A DNA stretch of 42,652 bases from an uncultured Chitinophagaceae bacterium (GTDB taxonomy: Bacteria > Bacteroidota > Bacteroidia > Chitinophagales > Chitinophagaceae), in the NCBI GenBank assembly GCA_966252445.1, contig CBINPH010000001.1:1-42652 (forward strand). Direction: 5' to 3'. Below, one piece after another: positions 34,882 through 42,509 of this stretch. Every line of letters begins with the position of its first letter. The stretch's first letter is position 1. The notes under the pieces are model-generated. The model was not told the DNA's origin, made no database searches, and saw only the letters and a program-made list of their open reading frames with translations. A program made the position numbers and the translations under genes.

Positions 34882-37800
34882 TTACTTGGCCTGCAGCCGG
34901 AGCTCCATGATGGCCAGCCCGCCCGGCTCGGCGCCGTCCACCTTGTGGACGACAAGGTAGACGTCATGCCTGTCCGCACCGGCGTCCTGGCTCAGCCGCA
35001 GGGTAGCCTCTGCAGGCTTCTTGGCGGCCACGCCGGCGCCGATGGTGGTAGAGCCCAGCAGGGGGCCCTGGGGGCTGTCCATGTGCAGCTCGGCACTCCA
35101 GCCTTTCCTGGAGGTCTCCTCCAGGCCGTAGGCGATGCGGATGCTGCCCACCCCGGCGAGGCTGATGCCGTTGTAGCGCAGCCATCCGCCACCGCCCGGC
35201 AGCATCTTGAAGCGGGCGTCGCCGGCGTTGGCGTCCTGAGCGCCCCGCGAGGCCATGGCCCCATGGCCCCGCAGCACGGGGCTGCGCAGAATGGTCGTGG
35301 CCGTGCCGGTGAGGGAAGGCAGCTGGTTGCCGCCCTTGTCGATGTACGAAGCGGTGATATACAGGGCTCCGCGGTCGCTGAGCGTATAGTCCCTGGAGGG
35401 ATGGATCGTGCCGCTCAGCGGCAGGGAGGTCTCCCTGGCGCTGTCGCCGCCCAGGGACAGGACCCAGCCGACGATTTTGCCGGCATCGGCTTCGGAAAGG
35501 GATGGATGGGCCGGCATGGCCGTCTCTCCCCATATCCCGCTGCCGCCGCTGATGATCTTGTGCGCCAGGTAAGCCGGCGCCTTGGCGTCGCCCCGGTATT
35601 TGTCGGCCACGGCATGGAAGGCAGGGCCGATGGATTTCTCTTCCTGTTTGTGGCAGGACTGGCAGTCCAGGGACTCCATCAGGCTCTTGCCGGAAAGGCT
35701 GGCGGCCATGGCTTCCAGGTGCCCGGCCGAGATAGCGGCCCTGTCGGCGCTCTGCAGGTAGTCCGCCTTGACGAACACCCTGGAGGAATCGAAGCCCGCA
35801 GCGCCGGTGCTGCCGTCCTCGGCGTCAGCTACCTCGACGGTGTAGTCCAGGGGGTGGTGGGGGAAGTAAAACGAACTGTTGCCGCTCAGCCGGATGCGCA
35901 CCTGCGGTTTGCTGTTGCCCGCATAGACATGGAGCTGTGCGCTCCGCACCTCGGCGCCCTGCCCGTCGCTTACCGTCACCGACACCGGGAACATGCCGGG
36001 GGTGGTAAAGGTATGCTCTACGAAGGGGCTGTCGGTGCTGACCTTCTCGCCGCCGAAATCCCAGCTGTAATGCAGGGGATCGCCGTCGGGATCGGTGCTG
36101 CCGCTGGCGTCGGCCCTGACCTTCAGCGGCAGGGCGCCGTCCTCATGGTCTACCTTCAGGTCGGCCCGCGGAGAGCGGTTGCCGCCGTTGTAAGTGATCA
36201 CCGAGAGGGCGGCGTCGGGGTTTTTCGCAAACCAGCCTTCGCCGTACTCGACGATGTACATGCGCCCGTCGGGGCCCATTTCCATGTCGGAGATGTTGTG
36301 GAACCTGGTGTGCTCCATGAAGGGCTCAATGGTCTGCAGGTCCCCTTCCTTGTTCATCGTGACGACTTTGATCCAGTTGCGGATCCAATCATAGACGAAA
36401 AGCTTGCCGTCATAGTATTCGGGGAAGCGGTCTTTCTCGGGATAGTCGTTCATGTGATATACCGGTCCGGCCATCGCGGTGCGGCCGCCGGTGCCCAGCA
36501 TGGGGAAATCCGGCGAGAGGGCGTAGGGATACCAGATAAAGGCGGCCTGCGGGGGCGGCAGATTCCGGATGCCCGTGTTGTTGCGCGAATCGTTCACCAG
36601 GTGCGCCGAGTCAAACAGGGGGCCGGGATCGCCGGTAGCGTAATTGTATTGGTGATAGGCATAGTTGTTCCCCACGAAATAGGGCCAGCCGAAGTTGCCG
36701 GCTTTCCTGGCCTGGTTCACCTCGTCATAGCCGCGGGGGCCGTGGGTGTCCAGGCTGTCGTTGGAGGCGTCGGGGCCTACTTCCCCCCAGTACAGGTAGC
36801 CGCTGTGCTTGTCCACGCTGATGCGGTAGGGGTTGCGGTTGCCCATGACATAGATCTCGGGACGTGTCTTGTCGGTGCCCTTGGGGAAGAGGTTGCCGTC
36901 GGGGATGCTGTAGCTCCCGTCCTCGTTGACGTGGATGCGGAGGATCTTGCCGCGCAGGTCGTTGCTGTTGCCCGCGGCCCGCCGGTCATCGTAGTGCTCG
37001 AAGCCCGGGCGGTCGTCCACGGGCGAGTAGCCGTGTGCGTTGATGGGATACGCCTTGCCGGTGGCCGGGTCGATCTCGTCGAAGGGCGTGGTGTTGTCGC
37101 CGACGGACAGGTAGAGGTTGTCGTCTGCGTCGAAGGCGATGGAGCCTCCGGTATGGCAGCAGATCTCCCTGTCGGTATGCACCTCCAGGATCACCTGCTC
37201 GGACTTCATGTCAAAGGTGCTGTTCTCGAACTTGAAACGGGAGAGCCGGTCCACCGAGGTGTCGACGGGGGAGTAATAGACGTAGATCCAGTGGTTCTTG
37301 TCGTAATGGGGATCCGCCTGTAGGCCCATCAGCCCGGTTTCGACGTTGACACCCTTCACGTGGAGGGCCTTGGAGTAGACCTGGAAATGGGCGACTTCGC
37401 GGATGGTGGTGTCGGCCGGGTTGAAATACTTGACCCCGCCTTTGCGCTCGCCGATCAGCACGCTGAGATCCGGCAGCACGGCGATCTCCGTGGGCTCATC
37501 GAGGCCGCCGGCCAGGAATTTCTTCTCGAAGCGGTTCTCTTCCGGCACCCGCAGGGAGGTGGCTTTGTTGTAGTTCAGCACCTCGTTCTTGCCGATGGCG
37601 TAGCGGATGCCCTCCAGCAGCAGCTTCAGGTAGTTGTCTTCGGTGTAGGATTCCGAGGTATGGCCCAGCTCCACATAGAAAGCGCGGCCTCCGTCGTAGT
37701 CGTGGTACCAGGCCATGGGGTGGAAGTCCCCGTTCTCGCCGCCCTCATAGCTCTTTTCATCGATCTCCAGCAGCACATGCACGTCTTTGGGCAGGGCCCG

Positions 37801-38322
37801 GAAATTATACCATTCGTCCTTGCGCACCCAGGGATCGGGCAGGGAGTCGGTGATGGGGAACTTCGGGTCCTTGTGCACCTTCAGGTGCGCTTCCTGCTGG
37901 CGGGGATGGCTCTTGAACCAGGCGCCCACCAGGCCGCCGTACCAGGGCCAGTGGTATTCGCAGTCGGCGGCGGCATGCACGCCGACATACCCGCCTCCGG
38001 CCTGTATGTAACGCTCGAAGTCCGCCTGCTGGTACTGGTCCAGCACGTCGCCCGTGGTGTTCAGGAAAATGACGGTGGCGTACTTGGCCAGCGAATCCTC
38101 GTTGATGAGGGAGGCGTCCGTGGTGGTGTCCACGGTGAAGCCGTTCTCCTGGCCGAGCTTCTGTATGGCCTTCATGCCATCGGGGATGGAGGCATGGTGG
38201 AAGCCGGCGGTCTTGCCGAAAACCAGCACCCGGGGCTGCCCCGGACGCTGCCTGGAGCAGCTGGCCAGGCATACACACAGCAACAGGAGGCCTGCCGCCG
38301 AAAAGAGGGATTGTTGTTTCAT
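34882..38322 (-). CDS. Multidomain lipoprotein: ThuA-like domain + PQQ-dependent glucose/sorbosone dehydrogenase-type beta-propeller + PKD + c-type cytochrome + CBM-like C-terminal domain
   Basis: 1146 aa with lipobox LLLLCVCLASCS. The ThuA-like region runs from RVLVFGKTAGFHHASIPDG to HPMAWYHDYDGGRAFY. The SGDH-like propeller includes LDEPTEIAVLPD, CCHTGGSIAFD, GNRNPYRISVD and GNFGWPY. The PKD segment is STDPDGDPLHYSWDFG. The heme site is CQSCH with a downstream AMPAHP. The C-terminus, GWLRYNGISLAGVGSIRI, resembles a CBM6 or discoidin-like domain. Confidence 0.85.
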   Translation of the reverse strand: MKQQSLFSAAGLLLLCVCLASCSRQRPGQPRVLVFGKTAGFHHASIPDGMKAIQKLGQENGFTVDTTTDASLINEDSLAKYATVIFLNTTGDVLDQYQQADFERYIQAGGGYVGVHAAADCEYHWPWYGGLVGAWFKSHPRQQEAHLKVHKDPKFPITDSLPDPWVRKDEWYNFRALPKDVHVLLEIDEKSYEGGENGDFHPMAWYHDYDGGRAFYVELGHTSESYTEDNYLKLLLEGIRYAIGKNEVLNYNKATSLRVPEENRFEKKFLAGGLDEPTEIAVLPDLSVLIGERKGGVKYFNPADTTIREVAHFQVYSKALHVKGVNVETGLMGLQADPHYDKNHWIYVYYSPVDTSVDRLSRFKFENSTFDMKSEQVILEVHTDREICCHTGGSIAFDADDNLYLSVGDNTTPFDEIDPATGKAYPINAHGYSPVDDRPGFEHYDDRRAAGNSNDLRGKILRIHVNEDGSYSIPDGNLFPKGTDKTRPEIYVMGNRNPYRISVDKHSGYLYWGEVGPDASNDSLDTHGPRGYDEVNQARKAGNFGWPYFVGNNYAYHQYNYATGDPGPLFDSAHLVNDSRNNTGIRNLPPPQAAFIWYPYALSPDFPMLGTGGRTAMAGPVYHMNDYPEKDRFPEYYDGKLFVYDWIRNWIKVVTMNKEGDLQTIEPFMEHTRFHNISDMEMGPDGRMYIVEYGEGWFAKNPDAALSVITYNGGNRSPRADLKVDHEDGALPLKVRADASGSTDPDGDPLHYSWDFGGEKVSTDSPFVEHTFTTPGMFPVSVTVSDGQGAEVRSAQLHVYAGNSKPQVRIRLSGNSSFYFPHHPLDYTVEVADAEDGSTGAAGFDSSRVFVKADYLQSADRAAISAGHLEAMAASLSGKSLMESLDCQSCHKQEEKSIGPAFHAVADKYRGDAKAPAYLAHKIISGGSGIWGETAMPAHPSLSEADAGKIVGWVLSLGGDSARETSLPLSGTIHPSRDYTLSDRGALYITASYIDKGGNQLPSLTGTATTILRSPVLRGHGAMASRGAQDANAGDARFKMLPGGGGWLRYNGISLAGVGSIRIAYGLEETSRKGWSAELHMDSPQGPLLGSTTIGAGVAAKKPAEATLRLSQDAGADRHDVYLVVHKVDGAEPGGLAIMELRLQAK

Positions 38323-38340
38323 GGTACGGTGTCATAAGGG

Positions 38341-38352
38341 ATGGCCGGCCAT
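38341..38352. promoter_or_regulatory. Perfect 12-bp palindrome ATGGCCGGCCAT, 19 nt upstream of the ThuA-fusion ATG
   Basis: It was read directly from the sequence, in the 96-nt spacer between the DUF1080 stop (38419) and the ThuA-fusion start (38322). Confidence 0.25.
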
Positions 38353-38418
38353 GCCGTGCGCATCCGTGGTATAGATAAAAGGTTGAAGTGCTCGTTGTCG
38401 TCCATGGGCGATGTCCGC

Positions 38419-39225
38419 TCAGAGGGTTTTGATCCGGATGTTGCGGTACCAGACCATGAAGCCATGGTCCTGCAGGGCCAGGTGCCCGCTGCGGAAGCTG
38501 CCGAAGCCCGGCATGTCCTTGAACTTGCTTCCGGCCACCAGGGCCTTCCAGTCCTCGTTCCAGAGCGTGGTGTGCAGCACCTGCTGCCCGTTCAGGAAGA
38601 ACTGCAGGTCCCCGCCTTTGGAGATGATCTCTACCTGGTTCCATTCCCCTGCGGCCCGGACGGTCGCGGGATCGGAAGACACCAGGTCGTACAGGTCTCC
38701 CGCGTGGTGCTTGCTGATCTTGGCGTCGGGATTGCAGGTGTTGTCCAGCACCTGCATCTCCGGGCCGGTATGCCAGGTCCGGGGATATTTCTTGTCTTCC
38801 TGCACGTAAAAGATGATCCCGCTGTTGCCGCAGGGCTCGATCTTCCACTCCAGCTTGAGGTCCAAGTCGCCGAAGGTCGCGGCGCTCACCAGGTCACCCC
38901 CGTCCCGGATGGCCCCGTCGACGCGCCCCGTCGTATCCAGCACCAGCGCGCCGTCCTGCACGGTCCAGGAGCTGCCCGGCGACTCGCGCAGGTAGCTGTG
39001 CCATCCGCTCAGGTCATGGCCGTTGAACAGCAGCTGCCAGCCCTCCTCCTTTTCCGCCGCGCTGAGGGTGTTGGGTGCGCCCGCCGCGGAGACCAGCATA
39101 GAGTCCGTGGCCGAAGAATCTGCAGTGCCGGAGGCACCCGAGCCACCGGAGCCGCAGGAAGGCAACAGGGCGGCCGCCAGCAGGGCGGCCGCAGCGACAT
39201 TCGCAAAGCGTGTCATATAGGTCAT
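38419..39225 (-). CDS. DUF1080 (3-keto-disaccharide hydrolase family) lipoprotein
   Basis: 268 aa with lipobox AALLPSCGSGG. It carries the family hallmarks WQLLFNGHDLSGWHSY and, at the C-terminus, GHLALQDHGFMVWYRNIRIKTL. Confidence 0.88.
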   Translation of the reverse strand: MTYMTRFANVAAAALLAAALLPSCGSGGSGASGTADSSATDSMLVSAAGAPNTLSAAEKEEGWQLLFNGHDLSGWHSYLRESPGSSWTVQDGALVLDTTGRVDGAIRDGGDLVSAATFGDLDLKLEWKIEPCGNSGIIFYVQEDKKYPRTWHTGPEMQVLDNTCNPDAKISKHHAGDLYDLVSSDPATVRAAGEWNQVEIISKGGDLQFFLNGQQVLHTTLWNEDWKALVAGSKFKDMPGFGSFRSGHLALQDHGFMVWYRNIRIKTL

Positions 39226-39277
39226 TTTGGTTGGGTCAGGCCTGTGCCGGGGCCGCGCCCCGGTGCTGCCGCGCGCC

Positions 39278-39997
39278 TCAGAGCGTACGGATCATGATGT
39301 CCCGGTACCATACGTCGTGCCCGTGGTATTGCAGGGCTATATGCCCCTGGTGAAAGGCCGCAAAGGTCTTCCAGCGGCGGAACTTGCTGCCGGCGACCAG
39401 CTTCTTCCAGGCGTCGTCCCACATCTGGGTCTCGACGACCTTGTGGCCGTTCATCCAGAAGGTGAGGTGCCCATGGTCCATCCGTATCTTCACCGTGTTC
39501 CATTCACCGGCGGGATGCACCGTCGACGGATCGGCCGCGATCAGGTCATACAGGGAGCCCGCGAGGTGGTTGTCCTTTTTGTTGTCCGAGGCTTTGACAT
39601 TGTCCAGCACCTGCATCTCCGGCCCCGACATATAGGTGTTGGGGTAGTTGGGATCCTCGTGGACATTGAAGATGATGCCGCTGTTGCCCTCCTCGGAGAT
39701 CTTCCACTGCAGGGACAGCTCGTAGTTCTCGAACTCCTGGTCGGTGACCAGGTCGGCCCCGCCTTTTTCCGCCTCCAGGCGTATGGCCCCATCCTCTACG
39801 CGCCAGCCCTGGCCGACGCCCTTTTGGTGGTAGCTGTGCCATCCGTCCAGGTTACGGCCGTTGAACAGCAGCTGCCAGCCCTGTTTTTTCTCGCTGCGGC
39901 TGAGGGTGTTGACCTGCTGGGTCTTGCAGGCGGTCAAGGTGCCCAGCATCAGGGCGGTCGCCAGCAACCCGCCCTTGCCCATGGAAAGTTTGTTCAT
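39278..39997 (-). CDS. DUF1080 (3-keto-disaccharide hydrolase family) lipoprotein, tandem paralog
   Basis: 239 aa with lipobox MLGTLTACKTQ. It carries WQLLFNGRNLDGWHSY and GHIALQYHGHDVWYRDIMIRTL. Confidence 0.88.
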   Translation of the reverse strand: MNKLSMGKGGLLATALMLGTLTACKTQQVNTLSRSEKKQGWQLLFNGRNLDGWHSYHQKGVGQGWRVEDGAIRLEAEKGGADLVTDQEFENYELSLQWKISEEGNSGIIFNVHEDPNYPNTYMSGPEMQVLDNVKASDNKKDNHLAGSLYDLIAADPSTVHPAGEWNTVKIRMDHGHLTFWMNGHKVVETQMWDDAWKKLVAGSKFRRWKTFAAFHQGHIALQYHGHDVWYRDIMIRTL

Positions 39998-40121
39998 GCG
40001 ATAAAAGTAGTTAAATGTTCGTTTCCAAGATGTCCAATAGGATGAACTAAAACTTCCCTACACCGGCGGCAGGCGTCGAGTGGCAGTGTCAAAGGGTCAA
40101 CCGTATGTGCAAGGCGGGCGC

Positions 40122-41177
40122 TCAGCCCAGGCCCAGTACTTTTCTGTTAAAGGCGTCGTCCGCGCCCGTCCCGGCAAAATCGTCGAAGGCTTTTTCCGTG
40201 ACGCGGATGATATGGTCCCGGATGAAGGCCGCGCCCTCGCGGGCCCCGTCCTCGGGATGCTTCAGGCAGCATTCCCATTCCAGCACGGCCCAGCTGCCAT
40301 AGTCATACTGGGTCAGCTTGCTGAAGATGCCCTTGAAGTCCACCTGCCCGTCCCCCAGGGAGCGGAACCTCCCCGGGCGGTCTACCCAGCCCTGGTAGCC
40401 CCCGTATACGCCGCTGCGTCCCGTGGGGTTGAACTCGGCGTCCTTCACGTGGAAGGCTTTGATCTTCTCGTGGTAAATATCGATGTAGGACAGGTAGTCC
40501 AGGCATTGCAGCACAAAATGGCTGGGGTCGTACAGCAGGCAGGCGCGTGCATGCCCGCCCGTGGCTTCGAGGAAGCGTTCGTAGGTTACCCCGTCGTGCA
40601 GGTCTTCTCCGGGATGGATCTCGTAGCATACATCCACACCGCATTCGTCGAAGGTGTTCAGGATGGGCAGCCAGCGGGCCGCCAGCTCTTTGAACCCGGC
40701 TTCCACCAGCCCTGCGGGGCGCTGGGGCCAGGGATAGACCGTGGGCCACAGCAGGGCGCCGCTGAACGTGGGGTGGGCGGTCAGGCCCAGGCGCTGGCTG
40801 GCTTTGGCCGCATAGGTCAGCTGATCCACGGCCCAGGCCGTGCGGGCCGCGGGGTTACCCTGGTATGCTTTCGGGGCGAAGGCGTCGAACAGGTCGTTGT
40901 AGGCGGGGTGGACGGCCACCAGCTGTCCCTGCAGGTGGCTGCTCAGCTCGGTGATCTCCAGGCCGGCGGCCTGGACGATGCCCTTGATCTCGTCGGCGTA
41001 GTCCTGGCTTTCGGCCGCCTTCTTGAGGTCAATGCAGCGGGGGTCCCAGCTGGGGATCTGCACCCCCTTGTATCCCAGGTCCGCCGCCCAGCGGCAGATG
41101 TTCTCCAGAGAATTGAATGGCGCTGCGTCGCCCATGAACTGGGCCAGGAACAGCGCGGGTCCTTTGATCGTTTTCAT
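40122..41177 (-). CDS. Sugar phosphate isomerase/epimerase (xylose isomerase-like TIM barrel) family protein
   Basis: 351 aa with no signal peptide. Its overall pattern is typical of AP_endonuc_2/xylose-isomerase-like TIM barrels (GYKGVQIPS, CYEIHPGEDLHDG, AFHVKDAEF, WAVLEWEC). Confidence 0.75.
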   Translation of the reverse strand: MKTIKGPALFLAQFMGDAAPFNSLENICRWAADLGYKGVQIPSWDPRCIDLKKAAESQDYADEIKGIVQAAGLEITELSSHLQGQLVAVHPAYNDLFDAFAPKAYQGNPAARTAWAVDQLTYAAKASQRLGLTAHPTFSGALLWPTVYPWPQRPAGLVEAGFKELAARWLPILNTFDECGVDVCYEIHPGEDLHDGVTYERFLEATGGHARACLLYDPSHFVLQCLDYLSYIDIYHEKIKAFHVKDAEFNPTGRSGVYGGYQGWVDRPGRFRSLGDGQVDFKGIFSKLTQYDYGSWAVLEWECCLKHPEDGAREGAAFIRDHIIRVTEKAFDDFAGTGADDAFNRKVLGLG

Positions 41178-41223
41178 AGCTGGCGTGCGCTTGTGATGGT
41201 TGATGAATGATGGATCGGGCTGC

Positions 41224-42375
41224 TCAGAGGGCTATCCATTTCCGGTCGCTCCGGCCCGATTCAATGACTTTGTCGATGAACAGCATGCCGCGGACGCCGT
41301 CGTCGGCGCCGGGGAAATCCAGCCATTCGGGTTGGGGCTCCCGGCCATCCAGACGGGCCGCCACGGTCTTGGCGAAATGGCGGTACAGGTTGGCGAAGGC
41401 TTCCAGGTATCCTTCCGGGTGGCCCGCCGGGGTGCGCGAATTCTGGGCGACCACCGGGTCCGTGCCGGGGCCGCCGGTGCGCAGCACCTGCGTGGGCTTG
41501 TCCAGCCACTTGACCAGCAGGGTGTTGGCCTCGTCCTGCTTCCATTCCAGTCCTCCTTTCTCCCCGTAGACCCGCACCTTGATGCAGTTTTCCTCGCCGG
41601 CCGCGATCTGCGTGGCCATCAGCACGCCGGAGGCGCCGTTGTTGAACTTCAGCAGCACGGCTCCGTCGTCGTCCAGGGCCCGGCCCTCGACCACGGTATT
41701 GATGTCGGCGCAGACCTGGGTGATCTCCAGGCCGCTGACATATTCGGCCATGTTGGCGGCATGGGTGCCGATGTCGCCCATGGCGCCGGCCCTGCCGCTC
41801 TTCGAGGGATCGGTCCTCCAGTCGGCCTGCTTGTTGCCTTCCTTCTCCAGGGGCTGGCTGAGCCAGCCCTGGGGATATTCCACGTAGATCTTCCGGACCT
41901 TGCCCAGGGCGCCTGCCGCCACCATGGCGCGGGCCTGCTTGACCATGGGATAGCCGGTATAGGTATGGGTCAGGCAGAGCACCAGCCCGGTCTTGTCGAC
42001 GAGGGCCTTCAGGTCCAGGGCTTCCTGCAGGTTGAGGGTCATGGGCTTGTCGAGCACCACGTGGAAGCCGTGCTCCAGCGCCAGTTTGGCCGGCTCGAAA
42101 TGCAGGTGGTTGGGGGTGACGATGCTCACGAAGTCCATGCGTTCCCCTTCCGGCAGTGCCGCTTCTTTTTCCATCATGTCCCGGTAGGAGGGGTATACCC
42201 TCGCCGGGTCCAGGAAGAGGGCTTCCCCTGCGATCCTGGATTTTTCGGGCTGGCTGCTGAAGGCGCCGCAGACCAACTCGATCTGTCCGTCCATGAAGGC
42301 TGCCAGCCGGTGCACGGCGCCGATGAAGGCGTCGGGCCCGCCGCCCACCATGCCCATCCGAAGTTTACGGTTCAT
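41224..42375 (-). CDS. Gfo/Idh/MocA family NAD(P)-dependent oxidoreductase
   Basis: 383 aa with no signal peptide. The N-terminal Rossmann segment is LRMGMVGGGPDAFIGAVH. It carries IVTPNHLHFEPAKLALEHGFHVVLDKPMT, an EKP-type motif present here as DKP. Confidence 0.88.
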   Translation of the reverse strand: MNRKLRMGMVGGGPDAFIGAVHRLAAFMDGQIELVCGAFSSQPEKSRIAGEALFLDPARVYPSYRDMMEKEAALPEGERMDFVSIVTPNHLHFEPAKLALEHGFHVVLDKPMTLNLQEALDLKALVDKTGLVLCLTHTYTGYPMVKQARAMVAAGALGKVRKIYVEYPQGWLSQPLEKEGNKQADWRTDPSKSGRAGAMGDIGTHAANMAEYVSGLEITQVCADINTVVEGRALDDDGAVLLKFNNGASGVLMATQIAAGEENCIKVRVYGEKGGLEWKQDEANTLLVKWLDKPTQVLRTGGPGTDPVVAQNSRTPAGHPEGYLEAFANLYRHFAKTVAARLDGREPQPEWLDFPGADDGVRGMLFIDKVIESGRSDRKWIAL

Positions 42376-42434
42376 TATACTTGCTCGTTTCTGGTTTAAC
42401 AGTTCGTTGTCCGCCGCCGCGCAGGCGGCGGCCT

Positions 42435-42448
42435 GCCATGATCATGGC
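42435..42448. promoter_or_regulatory. Perfect 14-bp palindrome GCCATGATCATGGC in the leader of the Gfo/Idh/MocA operon
   Basis: It was read directly from the sequence. It is flanked by direct copies of GCCTGCC (42431-42437 and 42449-42455) and followed by an 8-bp GC hairpin (42413-42420 / 42425-42432). Confidence 0.3.
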
Positions 42449-42481
42449 GCCTGCCGTGCAGGCCGGCGCGTAAAAATAGCG

Positions 42482-42489
42482 CAAAATTA
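42482..42489 (-). promoter_or_regulatory. Exact -7 box TAATTTTG upstream of the Gfo/Idh/MocA gene
   Basis: The reverse complement of caaaatta matches TAnnTTTG. It lies about 107 nt upstream of the ATG at 42375 and 21 nt downstream of the preceding stop codon. Confidence 0.35.
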
Positions 42490-42509
42490 CCGGCCGCGCT
42501 TTCCCGGCC

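Noticed and set aside
34468-37323. A 951-aa ORF on the + strand. It is the largest of many long ORFs lying antisense to the genes I call: 275..1366, 2428..3600, 3462..4361, 6498..8885, 9846..11324, 17275..19092, 19118..20077, 19846..21810, 21829..23016, 24150..25151, 26502..29042, 29104..31113, 31171..33291, 37360..38337, 38341..39297, 40080..41210 and 41200..42399.
   Set aside because: Their translations are low-complexity and rich in Ala, Gly, Arg, Pro and Val, with no recognisable motifs. Each lies exactly opposite a gene with clear family signatures. Long stop-free antisense frames are expected when GC3 is high.
40002-40009. A -7-like box TACTTTTA upstream of the second DUF1080 gene.
   Set aside because: It lies only 4 nt from the annotated ATG (39997), too close to serve that start. 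It is also one mismatch from consensus. It could matter only if translation begins at the internal Met (39982).
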